Assembly: GCA_000004985.1 (NCBI GenBank)
Contig: GG738921.1
Origin: Naegleria gruberi
Taxonomy: Eukaryota
Length of the DNA stretch: 64,000 bases
Reading direction: 5' to 3' (one strand)
A model generated the notes under the pieces. That model saw only the letters and a program-made list of their open reading frames with translations. It was not told the origin of the DNA and made no database searches. This document shows positions 1-11,988 of this stretch, one piece after another; the first letter of the stretch is position 1, and each line of letters starts with the position of its first letter. A program made the translations under genes and the position numbers.

Positions 1-39
1 AATCATCACAAACAACAACATGATGATAAGGACGACAAC

Positions 40-2756
40 ATGCAATGTAAATACAATGAGAGACAAAGAAGAGCCCTTGCTCTACTGATGGCCATCAGAG
101 ACAAATATGAGAAAAACCTTGAAAAGAGTAGTAAGATAACAACAACAAGTGGAGGATCTTTATATTCATCTAAAAGGATGAGTTCAACGAGAATAACAAC
201 TAACACGAGCACAACAGCAGCATGTTCTTCATTCAAAACAATGCTCAAACTTGCACTCGTGTTGATAGTTGGAGTGTGGTGCGTCTTATCATTCATGAGT
301 GACGTTATAATACTTGATGATTATGCAGCAAGTGGTTTTCATCATCGTTATGAATATTTGGAAGATGATTTCTATGAATTCAATCATAATAATATAATGT
401 TTGTGATGGCGGAACCACCTGGCATTTCGCCCCAAGCCCTAAAGGAAATACTAAGCAGAGAATCGGAAATTATGAGGCAAGAACCGATATACAATGATTT
501 TAGCTTCAGTTCCTTATTTTCAATGAATGGTTTACATAGTTTAGCAAGCAAGGCAACTGACTTTTTGCAGAGGGGTGGTTTTGAATCGAGTGCTGATGTG
601 GCAACTCAATGCCTGATTAATAGTCCGAGAAAATGTGACAACTCTAGGAAATTACAATTGATTCAATTCAACTGGCTTGGACCAACTGTAAATGCTAATG
701 TTGCCAAGATTGTCCTAGAGGAAATGTTGGGAATATGTGCAGAAATTGTAACAATGAATGTAACTCATGCTCTTGAAGAGATGGCAGAATATGGAACGAG
801 AAGATCATATGCCATGCTTGAATTTTGGAGTGAATCTAGAAAATTTCAATACGACAAGTATGTTGTCAATGATAAGACTATAATGGGTAAGTTGATATCC
901 ACCACAATATCAAAAACTAATTCAAATCAAAAATTCAAATTACTATTTTGACAGATGTTGGTGAGTTAGGTATCAATGCAAAGTTGGGTTGGTACATTTT
1001 AGGTTTCATGAAGGATGAGTATGACCTTATCGACGAATACAGAGAGTATAGAACTGAGAAGGCAGCTCACTACCTTGCAACTAACGATACCTATCCACTT
1101 GGTAGGTTTATAGGAGGAGCAAAGAGCTGGATCACTTTTGATCAACAAATTATAACAAATCTCAAGCTCAATCTCCAGATACAATATACACAGGAAGAAA
1201 ATGCAGAGGATTTTCTGATTTCAAAAATTCAAGAAGCAAACGATAGAAAAGAACCAGTATTGTTCTATCTTTGGTATCCTCATCAAATTTTCAAAAAGCT
1301 GTCTATTAAGAATGTTTACCTTCCTCCTAGTTCAGAAAGTTGTTGGACCTCTTACAATCAAGAGAATCAACTCATTGATTGTGACTATCCAACAGAGTTA
1401 TTGAGAAAATTGGTCTCCCCAAAACTCACAGAGGATATGGTTCTCAACTCCTTCTTTTCCAAATTTGCCTATGAAAGTACAGATCAAATAGATATTTTGG
1501 CAGATATTGTGTTTCAGGAAATGTCAGTAGTTGATGCATCTTGTAAGTGGCTGAGAAATAACACAAAAAGAGTAGCTTATTGGGTATCTGATCATAATGA
1601 TACCTCCAGTAGTGTGATTGGTATAGTGATTGCATCTCTGTTTGTCATTTCGCTCTTCTTCTGTACTATATTTATTACTGGTTTGGTGCTTTACTTTATG
1701 TATAGAAAGAATTTGAGAAAGAGATCTCTTAAATATGCCCCAAGAACAACACCATTCACTCTAGTTTTTACAGATATTCAAAACTCTACACTTTTGTGGG
1801 CTACTGCCTCTGAAACGATGAAATCAGTACTGTCTATTCACAACATTATTATGAGGTCAAACATTCAAAAGTACAAGGGTTATGAGGCCAAGACAGCAGG
1901 TGATAGTTTCACTGTGGCATTTGTTGATCCGTTGTGTGCACTGGCTTTTTGCATTAGTGTTCAGAAGGATTTATTGCTGGCCAATTGGCCTTCTGATTCT
2001 CTTCTACTTCCTGATATGAAGGAAGTTAGGTGGAATGAAAGCTTGATTTACAGAGGTCCTAGAATTAGAATGGGAATACATGCGGGATCTGATTGCAATA
2101 TTCAAATTGACAAAAAGACGCAACGTATGGAATATGTGGGCAATATGGTTCATATTGCTAACAAGATTGAGGCATCATCAGTTGGTGGCAGAATTTATGT
2201 TTCAGGTGCTTTTGTCCAAGCTATCAAGAGTAGATTAATGTTGTTTGATTCTGCTTCCAACTCTAGTAATCCAAAGACTTCCAAAGAAGATGTAACTACA
2301 TCTGCCAACACTCAATATTATGATGATTCCTCTGATAAAGGAATAAGCAAATACGTGCAGGAATTGAATAATAACTTGATTGAATTTGAAGATCTAGGAC
2401 CTAAGCAAGAAATTGAAATTGGAGGAACAAAGATACCCTTATTTATGGTAAAAGATTTTAGCTTTGCAAGAACATCTTGGATTCAGCAATTCGAAAGAGT
2501 TCTAGAAGAGTCACCAGTAGAAGAACAAAAAGTAATTGGCCAAAAATTGGACCTGATTGAAGAGGTGGAAAAGTTTATTACAGATCCGGGCTCATTCCCA
2601 GCTGAAAGAAAGTCAAAATTAATATATGACTTTATCAACCACACCTCCGATGCTGAGCTCAATCTTCCATCATGGAATAGCAAGTATTTTATTGATTTAT
2701 TCGACAATGTCTTCCGTTACATTACTACCCAACATGTAAACATTAAGGAAGAATAA
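40..2756 (+). CDS. Receptor-type class III adenylyl/guanylyl cyclase with an N-terminal extracellular domain, single TM and cyclase domain (architecture like Dictyostelium ACG). Exons about 40..886 and 955..2756; intron 887-954 (GTAAGT..TTTTGACAG).
   Basis: The two ORFs 40..951 and 948..2756 are joined by a 68-bp GTAAGT/AG intron that restores the frame. The TM segment is VIGIVIASLFVISLFFCTIFITGLVLYFMY. It is followed by a canonical class III cyclase core (FTDIQNST..KTAGDSFTVAF..RIRMGIHAGS..GNMVHIANKIE). The 5' end may lie before position 40; an alternative ATG is at 178. Confidence 0.75.
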
Positions 2757-3056
2757 TTGACTAGTTTTCGGTAGTGATTCAACCTCATTAGTGAAAATCT
2801 TGCCATAGGATGAAAAACTTTACAAAATCTCCAACCCAAAAATCTCACCAATTAAAAATTTCTGTTGACATTACAATGGAAATCCATTTTATTCCTTTAG
2901 CACCACCAATAAATCAAAACAAGTACCGAATAATTACCAATTTTTTGGTTCTCTTCTTGTTGTTGCTATTTAAGCAAACATTGAAAACACCAAAAATTTC
3001 CCAAACAAAAAAAACTCTAACAACAAACTTTGTACAAAAACAACAATCTAATAGAA

Positions 3057-3553
3057 ATGGCCAGAACCAAGCAAACTGCATATAGAGGAGTTGGGCAAAA
3101 GGCTCCAAGAAAGAGTATTGCCAATAAGATTGCCAAGTAAGTTTTTGTCTTCTGAACTAGTTTCATTAACATGGTTTTGTAATTTTTCTTTAATTGCAAT
3201 TGATTAACAGGAAATCTGCCAAGCAACCACATAGTGGCGGTCTTAAAAAGGTTCACAGATACAAACCAGGTACAGTTGCCTTGAGAGAAATCAGAAAGTA
3301 TCAAAAATCTACCGAGTTGCTCATCAGAAAATTACCATTCCAAAGATTAGTCAGAGAAATTGCACAAGACTACAAATCAGATTTGAGGTTCCAATCCAAT
3401 GCAGTCCTAGCCCTTCAAGAAGCTTCTGAAGCTTATCTTGTCTCTCTCTTTGAGGATACTAATTTGTGTGCAATTCACGCCAAGAGAGTTACCATCATGC
3501 ATAAGGATATGCAACTCGCTGCAAGAATTAGAGGTGAAAAGCTAAATAAATAA
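3057..3553 (+). CDS. Histone H3 variant with one intron (exons 3057..3136 and 3211..3553; intron 3137-3210, GTAAGT..AACAG).
   Basis: The spliced protein reads [80 protein letters not shown]...IRGEKLNK. The histone fold is near-canonical H3. The N-tail diverges: ARKS(9-10) is replaced by AYRG. Confidence 0.9.
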
Positions 3554-3664
3554 ATGTATTGATTGTTATAATGCTCCATTGTTCTATTGTAGTTAATCCA
3601 CTGAACAGAATTATCTTGCATTAATTTTGTTATTCCACAATATTATTGTTATTAAAATTCAAAA

Positions 3665-4698
3665 TTATCTTAAAATCCACATTGAATCAACTCCTTGAAT
3701 GGATGACAAAATTGAGCCACCAATCCATGAAGAATACTTTCTCTCAGGTGGAGCCACAACCCTACACGGTGTCAGATTAAGTTCCCTCTTGAGTCTTTCT
3801 GTAAAATTAGGGAAGAGAGTATTTCCTCCAGAGAGAATAATGTTTTTCTGACATTCTTCCTTGAATTTCGAATCGAGATGTTGTAAAGATTTGAGAATTA
3901 GCTCATGAATGGAAGCTCTGGTTTTTCAATGAGAGAAGGTTGAAAGAGAGCTTCTGGACATTTGTATTGATCTAGACCAAGTGAAATGCCATTTTCTCCA
4001 ATTTCATAATATCGATCACAAATGTCAAATCTTTGAGTTTCCCAATGATAATCCATTGAAATCTGACACAATCTTTGCTTTATCTGAATTAAATGTTCGA
4101 CCCCTGTAGAGCTATCAAATTCTTCTCCAATTTTGTATCCACAATTTTCAATCAACTTTTCCAAAAATAGAGATAAATCCCTTCCACCAAATTCCACACC
4201 ACAACAATGTTGAGTTAACACTTGGCCCTCATCAATAGTAACTGAATTAGTGATACAATCTCCACTCTTCAATACCAATCCAGTTGTCCTGCCAGATGCC
4301 AAAAGTGATAACATGTTCCTGTCAGCCAAAGCAAAAACAGGAACTCCCAATTTCTCAAAAACAATCTCTGTAATTCCCACTCTCGTTCTTTTCACATTAT
4401 TCAATGAATTATATCCTATTAGAATCGGATATTCCTTCATTTCAATAATTTTCATTTCTTCCAAAATTAAATGTTCCAACATTAGTTCTAAATCGTCCAA
4501 TTGAGTGATAATTCCTTTATCGATTGGATATTTTAGATCAGGAAGTAAAGAATTTGATTTAATTTTGGAGTAAATTCTTCTGGATTGACCTGTCAGAGAT
4601 TTGTTGATGTCTGAAGTGGGCTCATCGTCCATTCCATAGCCTGTGGAAATGGTGCCAGAACCCAAGTCAATAACTACCTTTGTGTTGTGTTGATACAT
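3665..4698 (-). CDS. Actin-related protein, with an apparent 1-nt frameshift near 3905-3912 as assembled.
   Basis: ORF 3898..4698(-) has actin-fold motifs: VVIDLGSGTISTGYG, YPIDKGII, LLASGRTTGLVLKSGDCITNSVTIDEGQVL, GGRDLSLFLEKLIENCGY, KCPEALFQPS. The actin C-terminus (IHELILKS..NIILSGGNTLFPNF..VVAPPERKYSSWIGGSILSS..MWI) continues to 3665 in the -1 frame. No GT..AG intron can bridge the two frames. Confidence 0.7.
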
Positions 4699-5169
4699 TT
4701 TTTTTTGATTGATTTTGTAACAAGTTCAGTAAGAAATTGATAGTTGACAGGAAAGTTCAATAGAGATAACTCAAAATTTTGCCAATCTTTGTGAGAAAAC
4801 CTTCATAAAAGATTAATTCTCCATTCAAATTCTCACACCTCCAAAACTGTAGTTTGAATTTCAACACGTTCAACAAAAAGAAGGAAATTCCAAGAGAGAA
4901 AAATTGGTGCAAATTTGGGTCCAATAACGAAAATAATTGTCGCAAAAGAATGGTAACAATTGGCTCAATGAATACTTCACAATTGGTAAAAAACCAATAT
5001 TCCTCCCTATTCCGCACTCTATTTCTGCCAACCACCAAGTAAATTTAATAAAATTCAATATAATATCCCAAGATAATACAAAAATCTGCAAGAATTTTTT
5101 TTTTCAAACTCGAAAAAAAACAACCAACGAACCCGCGCGATTTTTTAGTTAGAAAAAAAACAAACAACA

Positions 5170-6630
5170 ATGGAATCGATAGAGTTGGAATCAACATCGG
5201 CTTCTAATTTATCTAAGAGTTCCGCTTCGTCTTTGAATACAACAACGAAGGAACACAAGCACAAACATCATCATCATGATCACGGAGATCACCATCATGA
5301 TCATGAACATCATCACGATGATGAAGATGACAATTCAACGGATCAAACTCAACTTTTAAAAACATCTTCGAGTGGATTGATGGAATATGAATTGGATCGT
5401 GTAAAATTGAATGGTGAAACGTTGAAGAAAATTTACCTCTCCAAGAGTAAACCACTGTGGAAGGAACCAGATTTTGTCAAGATGGTTATTATGATTACTA
5501 TGGTTTTACTCATGTTTTTAGCTGAACTTACTGTTGGTGTGATGGCCGAGTCTCTTACATTGTTGGCTGATTCGTTCCACATGCTTTCCGATGGTATTTC
5601 CTTGATGGTTGGAGCTGCATGCATTTGGTTAGCAAAGAAAGGACCAACTAATTTAATGACATTTGGTTTTGGAAGAGCTGAAACATTGGGAGGTTTGATT
5701 AATGCTGTCTTTTTGGTCAGTGTTGTGTTGTATGTGATTATGGAATCAATTCAAAGGTTTTTCATGCCGGAGAGGATTACTGATCCTTTATTAGTATTGT
5801 GTGTTGGAGGTGCTGGTCTTTTAATTAACTTGATTGGACTTGTCATGTTCTGTGGCCATCATCCTCATCCTGGACACGATCATGACCACGACCACGGACA
5901 TGGACATAGTCATAAACATTCACACGAAGAACACGACCACGATCATGAACACGAACATAATCATGACCATGACCATTCTCATCATGAACACGAACATACT
6001 GAAAAGAAGGAGCACAAGGAACACAAGCACAGATCTGAAAATATTTTCGGTGTCTTTTTACACATTTTGGGAGATTTCCTTGGTTCCATTGCTGTCATGA
6101 TTTCCTCTGGTCTTTTACTCATCTTTGATAAGAAGGATGAAAATGGTAATTATCCACACACTTGGGTTCTCTATGTTGATCCAGTTCTCAGTCTTATTAT
6201 GAGTGGTATTATTCTAGTTACTGCCATTCCTCTTTTGAAATCAACTTGTAGAACTTTGTTGCAATCTGTACCACATGATGTTGATATTCCTAAATTGAAA
6301 TCAAGTATTTTGGAAGTTGAGGGAGTTCTTTCTTGTCATGAATTGCATGTTTGGCAACTTGTTGGAAAGACCTCAATTGCCAGTGTTCACATTCTCACTA
6401 CTGAAAATAATAGAGGATTTATGAGAATTGCCAAACAACTTCAAAAGGTATTCCACAAGTTTAATATCCATGCCTCCACTATTCAACCAGAATTCATTTC
6501 AAGCACTTCAAATAATAAGGGAGAAGAAGCTCAGCCATGTCATCTTTTATGTACCGATACTTGCTATGAACATTTTTGTTGTGCTCCAAATCCAGCAAAG
6601 GAAGATATTGATCCAGCAGAAAATGTGTAA
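5170..6630 (+). CDS. Cation diffusion facilitator (ZnT/SLC30-like) zinc transporter with His-rich N-terminus and His-rich cytosolic loop.
   Basis: 486-aa uninterrupted ORF with a six-TM CDF core (LADSFHMLSDGISL.., HILGDFLGSIAV). His/Asp-rich stretches HHHHDHGDHHHDHEHHHDD and HDHDHDHGHGHSHKHSHEEHDHDHEHEHNHDHDHSHHEHEH. Confidence 0.85.
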   Translation: MESIELESTSASNLSKSSASSLNTTTKEHKHKHHHHDHGDHHHDHEHHHDDEDDNSTDQTQLLKTSSSGLMEYELDRVKLNGETLKKIYLSKSKPLWKEPDFVKMVIMITMVLLMFLAELTVGVMAESLTLLADSFHMLSDGISLMVGAACIWLAKKGPTNLMTFGFGRAETLGGLINAVFLVSVVLYVIMESIQRFFMPERITDPLLVLCVGGAGLLINLIGLVMFCGHHPHPGHDHDHDHGHGHSHKHSHEEHDHDHEHEHNHDHDHSHHEHEHTEKKEHKEHKHRSENIFGVFLHILGDFLGSIAVMISSGLLLIFDKKDENGNYPHTWVLYVDPVLSLIMSGIILVTAIPLLKSTCRTLLQSVPHDVDIPKLKSSILEVEGVLSCHELHVWQLVGKTSIASVHILTTENNRGFMRIAKQLQKVFHKFNIHASTIQPEFISSTSNNKGEEAQPCHLLCTDTCYEHFCCAPNPAKEDIDPAENV

Positions 6631-6906
6631 ATAAATTTAAACTATTACAACCTAAACAATGGAATTTGCATTTCAATTATTCTTAAAGATAATAAATATG
6701 GTATGTAGAAGTTTAATGAATAATAATCAATAGAACTATGTAACCCTTTATTCACAATCAAATATTGCACTTGTCAACCCGGTGTATTTTTGTAAAGATA
6801 CACAAGTGTCAGCTGTATTTACATGTAACCCCTTCCAGTGTAGAAAATCTCATACAATTAGCTAAGATTCGTATTTCCCAACTCAAAAAATATACTAAAC
6901 CAAACA

Positions 6907-8511
6907 TGCGAGCAATTCTTTGTCATCTATTTATCATTTGCTGCATGTCAATAGTTGTTGCATGCCAACAACAGCAACCAACCAATGGTACTCTTGGTTT
7001 CATTTACTCACTCAACTCAACCAAATCTGTCAGCTATCTTCTCCCAAATATTGGTGGCACAATTAGTTGCATGGTCGAAGGTGATTCAGTTCTCTATGGA
7101 GAGTTCTCATTGAGTGAAAGTACAGTGAAACCAGGATATACATGGACAAATTCGAATTATAATAAGCCATTGTCTCCAGTTGCTTTCTTTACTTTGAATT
7201 TGAGTCAAGTTTTCATTCCGCCAAATGTCACTGAAGATCAAATTGATTTTGAAACATCATTTATGGTCAATTGGAAGAGTTTCATTCCAACAAGCTTTAA
7301 TCTTGATCCAACTTCATACGAAATTAGAAAATATTATGCATCTGCCAATAGTTTTTACCCATTTTCCACTTATGCACCAAAAGATTATGGAACTTTAGTC
7401 CAAATCGAAGATGCCTCAGAAATTGTTATCACATTTGGTATTTTCGTGTTCAATTCAATGCAAAAGGTTTCTTTTGATGAGTACGTAGCTATTAACTATC
7501 CAAGATCCTTGTGGTTGGACAATTATAGTTCAGACAATATCAAAAATGTTTCGTATAACTTTCCATTAGCAAGTTATACTCCACATGCATTAACAAATAA
7601 TGTAATCAAGGTGATAAGGGGCTCTACAGGTAGTAAGGGAGCCGTACCAAGTAATTATGCAATCCTGGGTCTGTTTTTATATAGAACTTATGAGGGTCAC
7701 ACCAGTAACATTACTCTAACTCAGTCATCTGTCTCTATTTCTTATGAGAAATCACAATATTATCTTGATTTTAGCTATAAAATGGTTGATATAGATATAG
7801 ATACATTGACATGCCAATTTATTGCTTATAATTCATTAACTTCACTTAAAAAGACTCTCACCAAGGATCAATTGATTTGTGACTTGGACAATTCATATTC
7901 ACAAAATCATGATTTGTATATTATTGCCAAATTGAAGCCTAAACCACCTACTCCACCTACTCCTCAACCATCCAATAATAATAATGGAAACAAAAAGACA
8001 ATATTGATGGTTACAGGATTTGAAGAAACTTTAACTTTGACGAAAGGTCAAGAACAAGTTTTTCATGTTTTTGCAAGTTCCAAAAAGAAAGTTGAGTTTA
8101 AAACCAGTTTTATTTTTGGTGGATTAACTACCAAACCAGAATTTAATTCATTTTGACGCCAAGCTCACCAATGGAAATGGAATCATTTCGAATATCTATT
8201 CGTATAATGTCTACTTGTTGGTTTCGAATACTGATCTCCTTGCCACGGATTGCAAATTCTCAATTACTCCAAATGTAACCTCCCTCCCAGGTTCAACAGA
8301 TCCAAACAACAATTCGAATCTATTCTCCATAGAACAAATTCTTGTCATTGTTCTACCAATAGTTGTTGGTGGTGGCGTGATGGTTTGTGCCATTGTTGCC
8401 TTTATTATTGTGGCACTTGTTGTTTACAGAAAGAGAAGGAATACAACAACATCAGATATGAATGTACAATTGATGCAAACAACTCCCTATTATGAAATTA
8501 GTAGACAATAA
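6907..8511 (+). CDS. Type I membrane glycoprotein (signal peptide, large N-glycosylation-rich ectodomain, PTPPTP linker, C-terminal TM plus short basic tail). Apparent 1-nt frameshift in the T4 run at 8151-8154.
   Basis: Signal peptide MRAILCHLFIICCMSIVVAC at 6907. ORF 6765..8156 and ORF 8215..8511 (TM LVIVLPIVVGGGVMVCAIVAFIIVALVVYRKRR) are in frames that join naturally (..EFNSFDAKLTNG..) if one T is removed. No plausible intron. Confidence 0.55.
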
Positions 8512-8555
8512 ATTGAATCATAATAAGAAGTTGTTTAGTAAAAGTTAAAATGAAT

Positions 8556-8626
8556 TGCATTAGCCGGGAGTCGAACCCGGGTCACCAGCTTGGAAGGCTG
8601 GTATGATACCGTTACACTACTAATGC
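8556..8626 (-). tRNA. tRNA-Gly-TCC: tRNA-Gly (anticodon TCC).
   Basis: The reverse complement reads GCATTAGTAGTGTAACGGTATCATACCAGCCTTCCAAGCTGGTGACCCGGGTTCGACTCCCGGCTAATGCA. The 7-bp acceptor stem pairs. The anticodon loop CTTCCAA gives TCC. The T-arm is GGTTCGACTCC (B box). Confidence 0.9.
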
Positions 8627-8710
8627 TTTACATTAAGGTTATTCAAAATCACACTCTTCTTTATTATCACAACTAAGGCTCAATACTTTTTTCGAGCATT
8701 CAAATTGAAT

Positions 8711-9049
8711 TTAGCAAGGTCTTGCATAGGCGTATGGGTAAGCATAAGGAGCAGCATATGAAACTGGAGCAACTGCATAAGTGGCAACTGGTGCAGCAAC
8801 TGCATAGGTTGCAGCCACAGGAGCAGCATAGGTAACTGGAGCAACTGCATAGGCATAAGTTGAAGCAACAGGTGGATAGCAATTGACACCTCCATATGCT
8901 CCATATCCTCCGTATGCTCCATATCCTCCATATGAATATGGATAAGCGTATGGATATGCATAAGATGAAGCAATATAAGAATCAGTTGAACAATGCACTG
9001 TGCAAGCAGCAACTAAGAGGACAACCAGAATGGCAATGATTTGTTTCAT
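8711..9049 (-). CDS. Small secreted low-complexity Tyr/Ala/Pro/Gly-rich repeat protein (AYPY, GGYGAY, AAPVATYAV repeats).
   Basis: 112-aa ORF with signal peptide MKQIIAILVVLLVAACTVHC followed by repeats. The overlapping same-strand ORFs 8680..9012 and 8700..8882 are alternative-frame artefacts of the repeat. Confidence 0.55.
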   Translation of the reverse strand: MKQIIAILVVLLVAACTVHCSTDSYIASSYAYPYAYPYSYGGYGAYGGYGAYGGVNCYPPVASTYAYAVAPVTYAAPVAATYAVAAPVATYAVAPVSYAAPYAYPYAYARPC

Positions 9050-9179
9050 TTTGTTTTTTAGTTTTGATTTGTTTTGGAGAATGTAAATCTCGTTTGATTA
9101 ACTATGATTTTTACATACAATAAGATTAGNNNNNNNNNNNNNNNNNNNNNNNNNNNNNNNNNNNNNNNNNNNNNNNNNN

Positions 9180-10725
9180 CTGATAAGCTTACTGACAACC
9201 TCTTGAGTTTTCTTGATTCCTCTTGGTGCCAGAGGTTCCTCATACGTTCCATCATTTGAAATTATTCCTGGCTGAACAGTATCTGGAGTGTTAAGGAAAC
9301 TTGGAGGAGAAACTGCATGTTCATCAGTGGCTGGCCAATTTGACATGGGCGATATTGGAGGGGTTGAACTCACAGCAGTTGAAATGGTAGAGTTTGCCCT
9401 GTAATGAACTGAAGGTTGAGAAGGATGACTCTCTTCCATAATTTGATCCATTTCAATTACTGTATTGACAAAGGTATGAACAGAGTCAGCAACCAAGCCA
9501 CTAACTTTCTCAGTGTCTCTCCTTCTCAAGAATACTCTGATATTCTTCAATTTCTTTGTGAGAATCATCAATCTGATGGTTGTAATAACCCAATAAATAA
9601 TAAATACAATTACAAATACTAGGAAAATTCCAAAAACAAAGAAAATGACTGAATACCAAGGAAATCTGTAATAGTCAATTATACCATATGGCCACTTAGT
9701 TGCAGCTCCAGTTTCCAAAATAACTTGAACCCAAATGCAATAAATTGATGGATAGAGAAGCACCAGGAAAATGTGCCAAATTCTGAAAACCAAATTAGAC
9801 AGGAAAAACTCAATAATGTTAAATAGTAGATTCATGCCATGATACCCGAATGTAAAGTAGGACATTGGGTCGGGGTCGTTATTAGTTGGATTTCCATTTG
9901 CAAGGTCGGGTATAACCATGACCCAATATCCAATCACAACCACGACTGCCGATACATGATTCCACTCAGCAAGTAACCACAGTACCGTAGAAACGAAACT
10001 AAATAATTTTCGGACCAAAGGATGCAATTCATCTAAACTTTTAGTAGGTCCTTCAGTTTCAGATTCATTAAAGTACTTGTAGCATGATGTAATGTAAAAC
10101 AATCCAAATACTGATTGCAAAACATAGTAAATTGCCAGCACTAGAGCTGAAGTATTTGTAAAAAACGAAAAGTATGTCATGAAATCCTTTGGTCTGAAAA
10201 AGGTTGGATCAATAGACATTTGCACTGTTATCCACAATGCAACAATCACTCGGAAAATGTACAGTAATATGGTTAATGGTCTTTTAAAGCCAAATCCTTC
10301 AAAGACAAACTGTGAAGGATCACGCAATCTTTACAAATTAACATCATGATAATGCATGACAGAATTAGATTCATTATTAGGACACAATTTGAAAGAATCA
10401 ACACAATCCATATTCGAAACAATATTGCAACTACTTACCTATTATAAATGATTTTCTTGTCTTCCTTTTCCAATTCTTTCTGATCTGAAAAATTGGGTTT
10501 TGGCACAGAATTAGGATCCTTTCCCAGTCTAAATGTCATTTGCCTCTGTTTAATGTATTCATCAGTTCGTGTCTTTTTCTGTTGAAATCGAAAGCCTTTC
10601 GTTATCAGAACAGTAACTGCTCCAAATATGATAAAGAAGAAAGTCGTTACGTTGGTCGAAATGATCAGGGATGGAACCAAATTAAAGTATGGTCGATCAT
10701 CCCGAAGGAATGGTACAACAGGCAT
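9180..10725 (-). CDS. Conserved multi-pass membrane protein (possibly AIG1/FAR-17a-like), two exons. The 3' end is lost in the assembly gap.
   Basis: Exon 1 is 10439..10725 (MPVVPFLRDDRPYF..KKIIYN). The intron is 10329-10438 (GTAAGT..TTTGTAAAG). Exon 2 runs from 10328 downward with multiple TM helices. The ORF runs into the N-gap 9130-9179. Confidence 0.6.
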
Positions 10726-11988
10726 GATGTTATATTATTATTGTTGATAGTTTGTGTATAATTTAAGTTGTTGTAGTGGGAAGACTCGAAGAAGGTTGTT
10801 GGCTATAAAAGAGTTGACTTGTTATTCTTCTGTGTTATTGTATTGATGATGATGAAAAAAGTTGAAACTCTTCGGAAGTAAAATTTGATTCTCTGTTATC
10901 TATAGATATTTACAAATAATAATTGATAATGCTGATTTGAATAGATTTGAATGAGGAATGTTTTAATGGTTTCTCTGTTGTTGTTGTTGTTGTTTACCTT
11001 CTAATACTTCTTGTCGATTTGAATGGTGAAGCAACATTTAACTTTAAAGAGGAGGAGGAGGAGGGTAATATTATTGAGGATGATTTGGAAATTGTGCTGT
11101 TACTGCTGATGCTTGTAACAAACACAGTGGTAGCACGTTGTTGTTAGCTTTTTTTTACTTTGTTTTCTTAAACACATGATGGCGCTCAATTTGCGATCAT
11201 TTTTGTAGTTGGAGTACCGTGTTTGGAATTGATACGACCATAAAGAAGGAAGAAACAGTCAATTAAGGTCCCGGTCACTATGATATTAAAGGATATCCAG
11301 AGTAGCAGAAACGTATGATATTGAGTGAAATTAAAGTTTAGTCTACTTTCTTCTAGTTTCTTCTTACAAATTTTAAAGTTTAATAAATTTTAATGAAAAA
11401 CACAATTGACAGAAATATTAGTTTTAACCTTTACTGATTTTTGGGTTTAATTTGGTGTGAACCTACTTCACGACCTGACAAAAAGGGTATAATCACTATT
11501 CTGGACAAACTTTTTAGCAAATTCTTTGCCAATTTAATGAAAATGAGCTCGTGGAGTTTTCCCTCACTTTTACAATAACTTTGTAATGTGAACAATGAGT
11601 CAGTATCTACAGTTTTTAAGCAAACTACAGAAAAATTCTTCAAACATCTGTGTGAAAACTGTAAAGGAAAGTAATTATTCGAAAGTTGAGTTGCATGTCG
11701 TGAATGGAAAGGTATCGCTGACATTAATGTCCTACACCTCAACCAATTTCAGTCAGTTTGGAGTTTTTTAAATACGAGCTTATGATCCTCACACATCTTC
11801 ATCAATCTTCAAGCAGCATGACAAGTTCTTGATCAACAAAAAAATAACAACATTCCACATCTGCGTCGCTCGATTTCTATTCGAGAGAGACTTCAAAAAC
11901 GCTCATCAACATCATTTATCAACTGTTGCAATCTCCAACAACAACAATAACAAATAGAAAAAGCTTACAAAACTTCTCCACTCTCTTC

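Noticed and set aside
3898-3912. Programmed ribosomal frameshifting (Euplotes-like +1 at stop codons) as an explanation for the frame breaks.
   Set aside because: The required shifts are in both directions (-1 in the Arp and RGS-START genes, +1 in the glycoprotein gene). There are no slippery heptamers. The standard code is otherwise used, with long ORFs and no in-frame TGA. Random indel errors fit better.
8680-9012. Overlapping minus-strand ORFs 8680..9012 and 8700..8882 (His/Leu/Met-rich and Cys/Ser-rich 'proteins').
   Set aside because: They are alternative frames of the same low-complexity repeat that encodes the Tyr/Ala/Pro-rich secreted protein (8711..9049). Only the frame with the signal peptide is plausible.
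11160-11900. Moderately complex 5' region with an antisense 103-aa ORF (11431..11742) upstream of the RGS-START gene.
   Set aside because: The ORF has no recognisable features and odd composition. It is most likely 5' UTR or promoter sequence.
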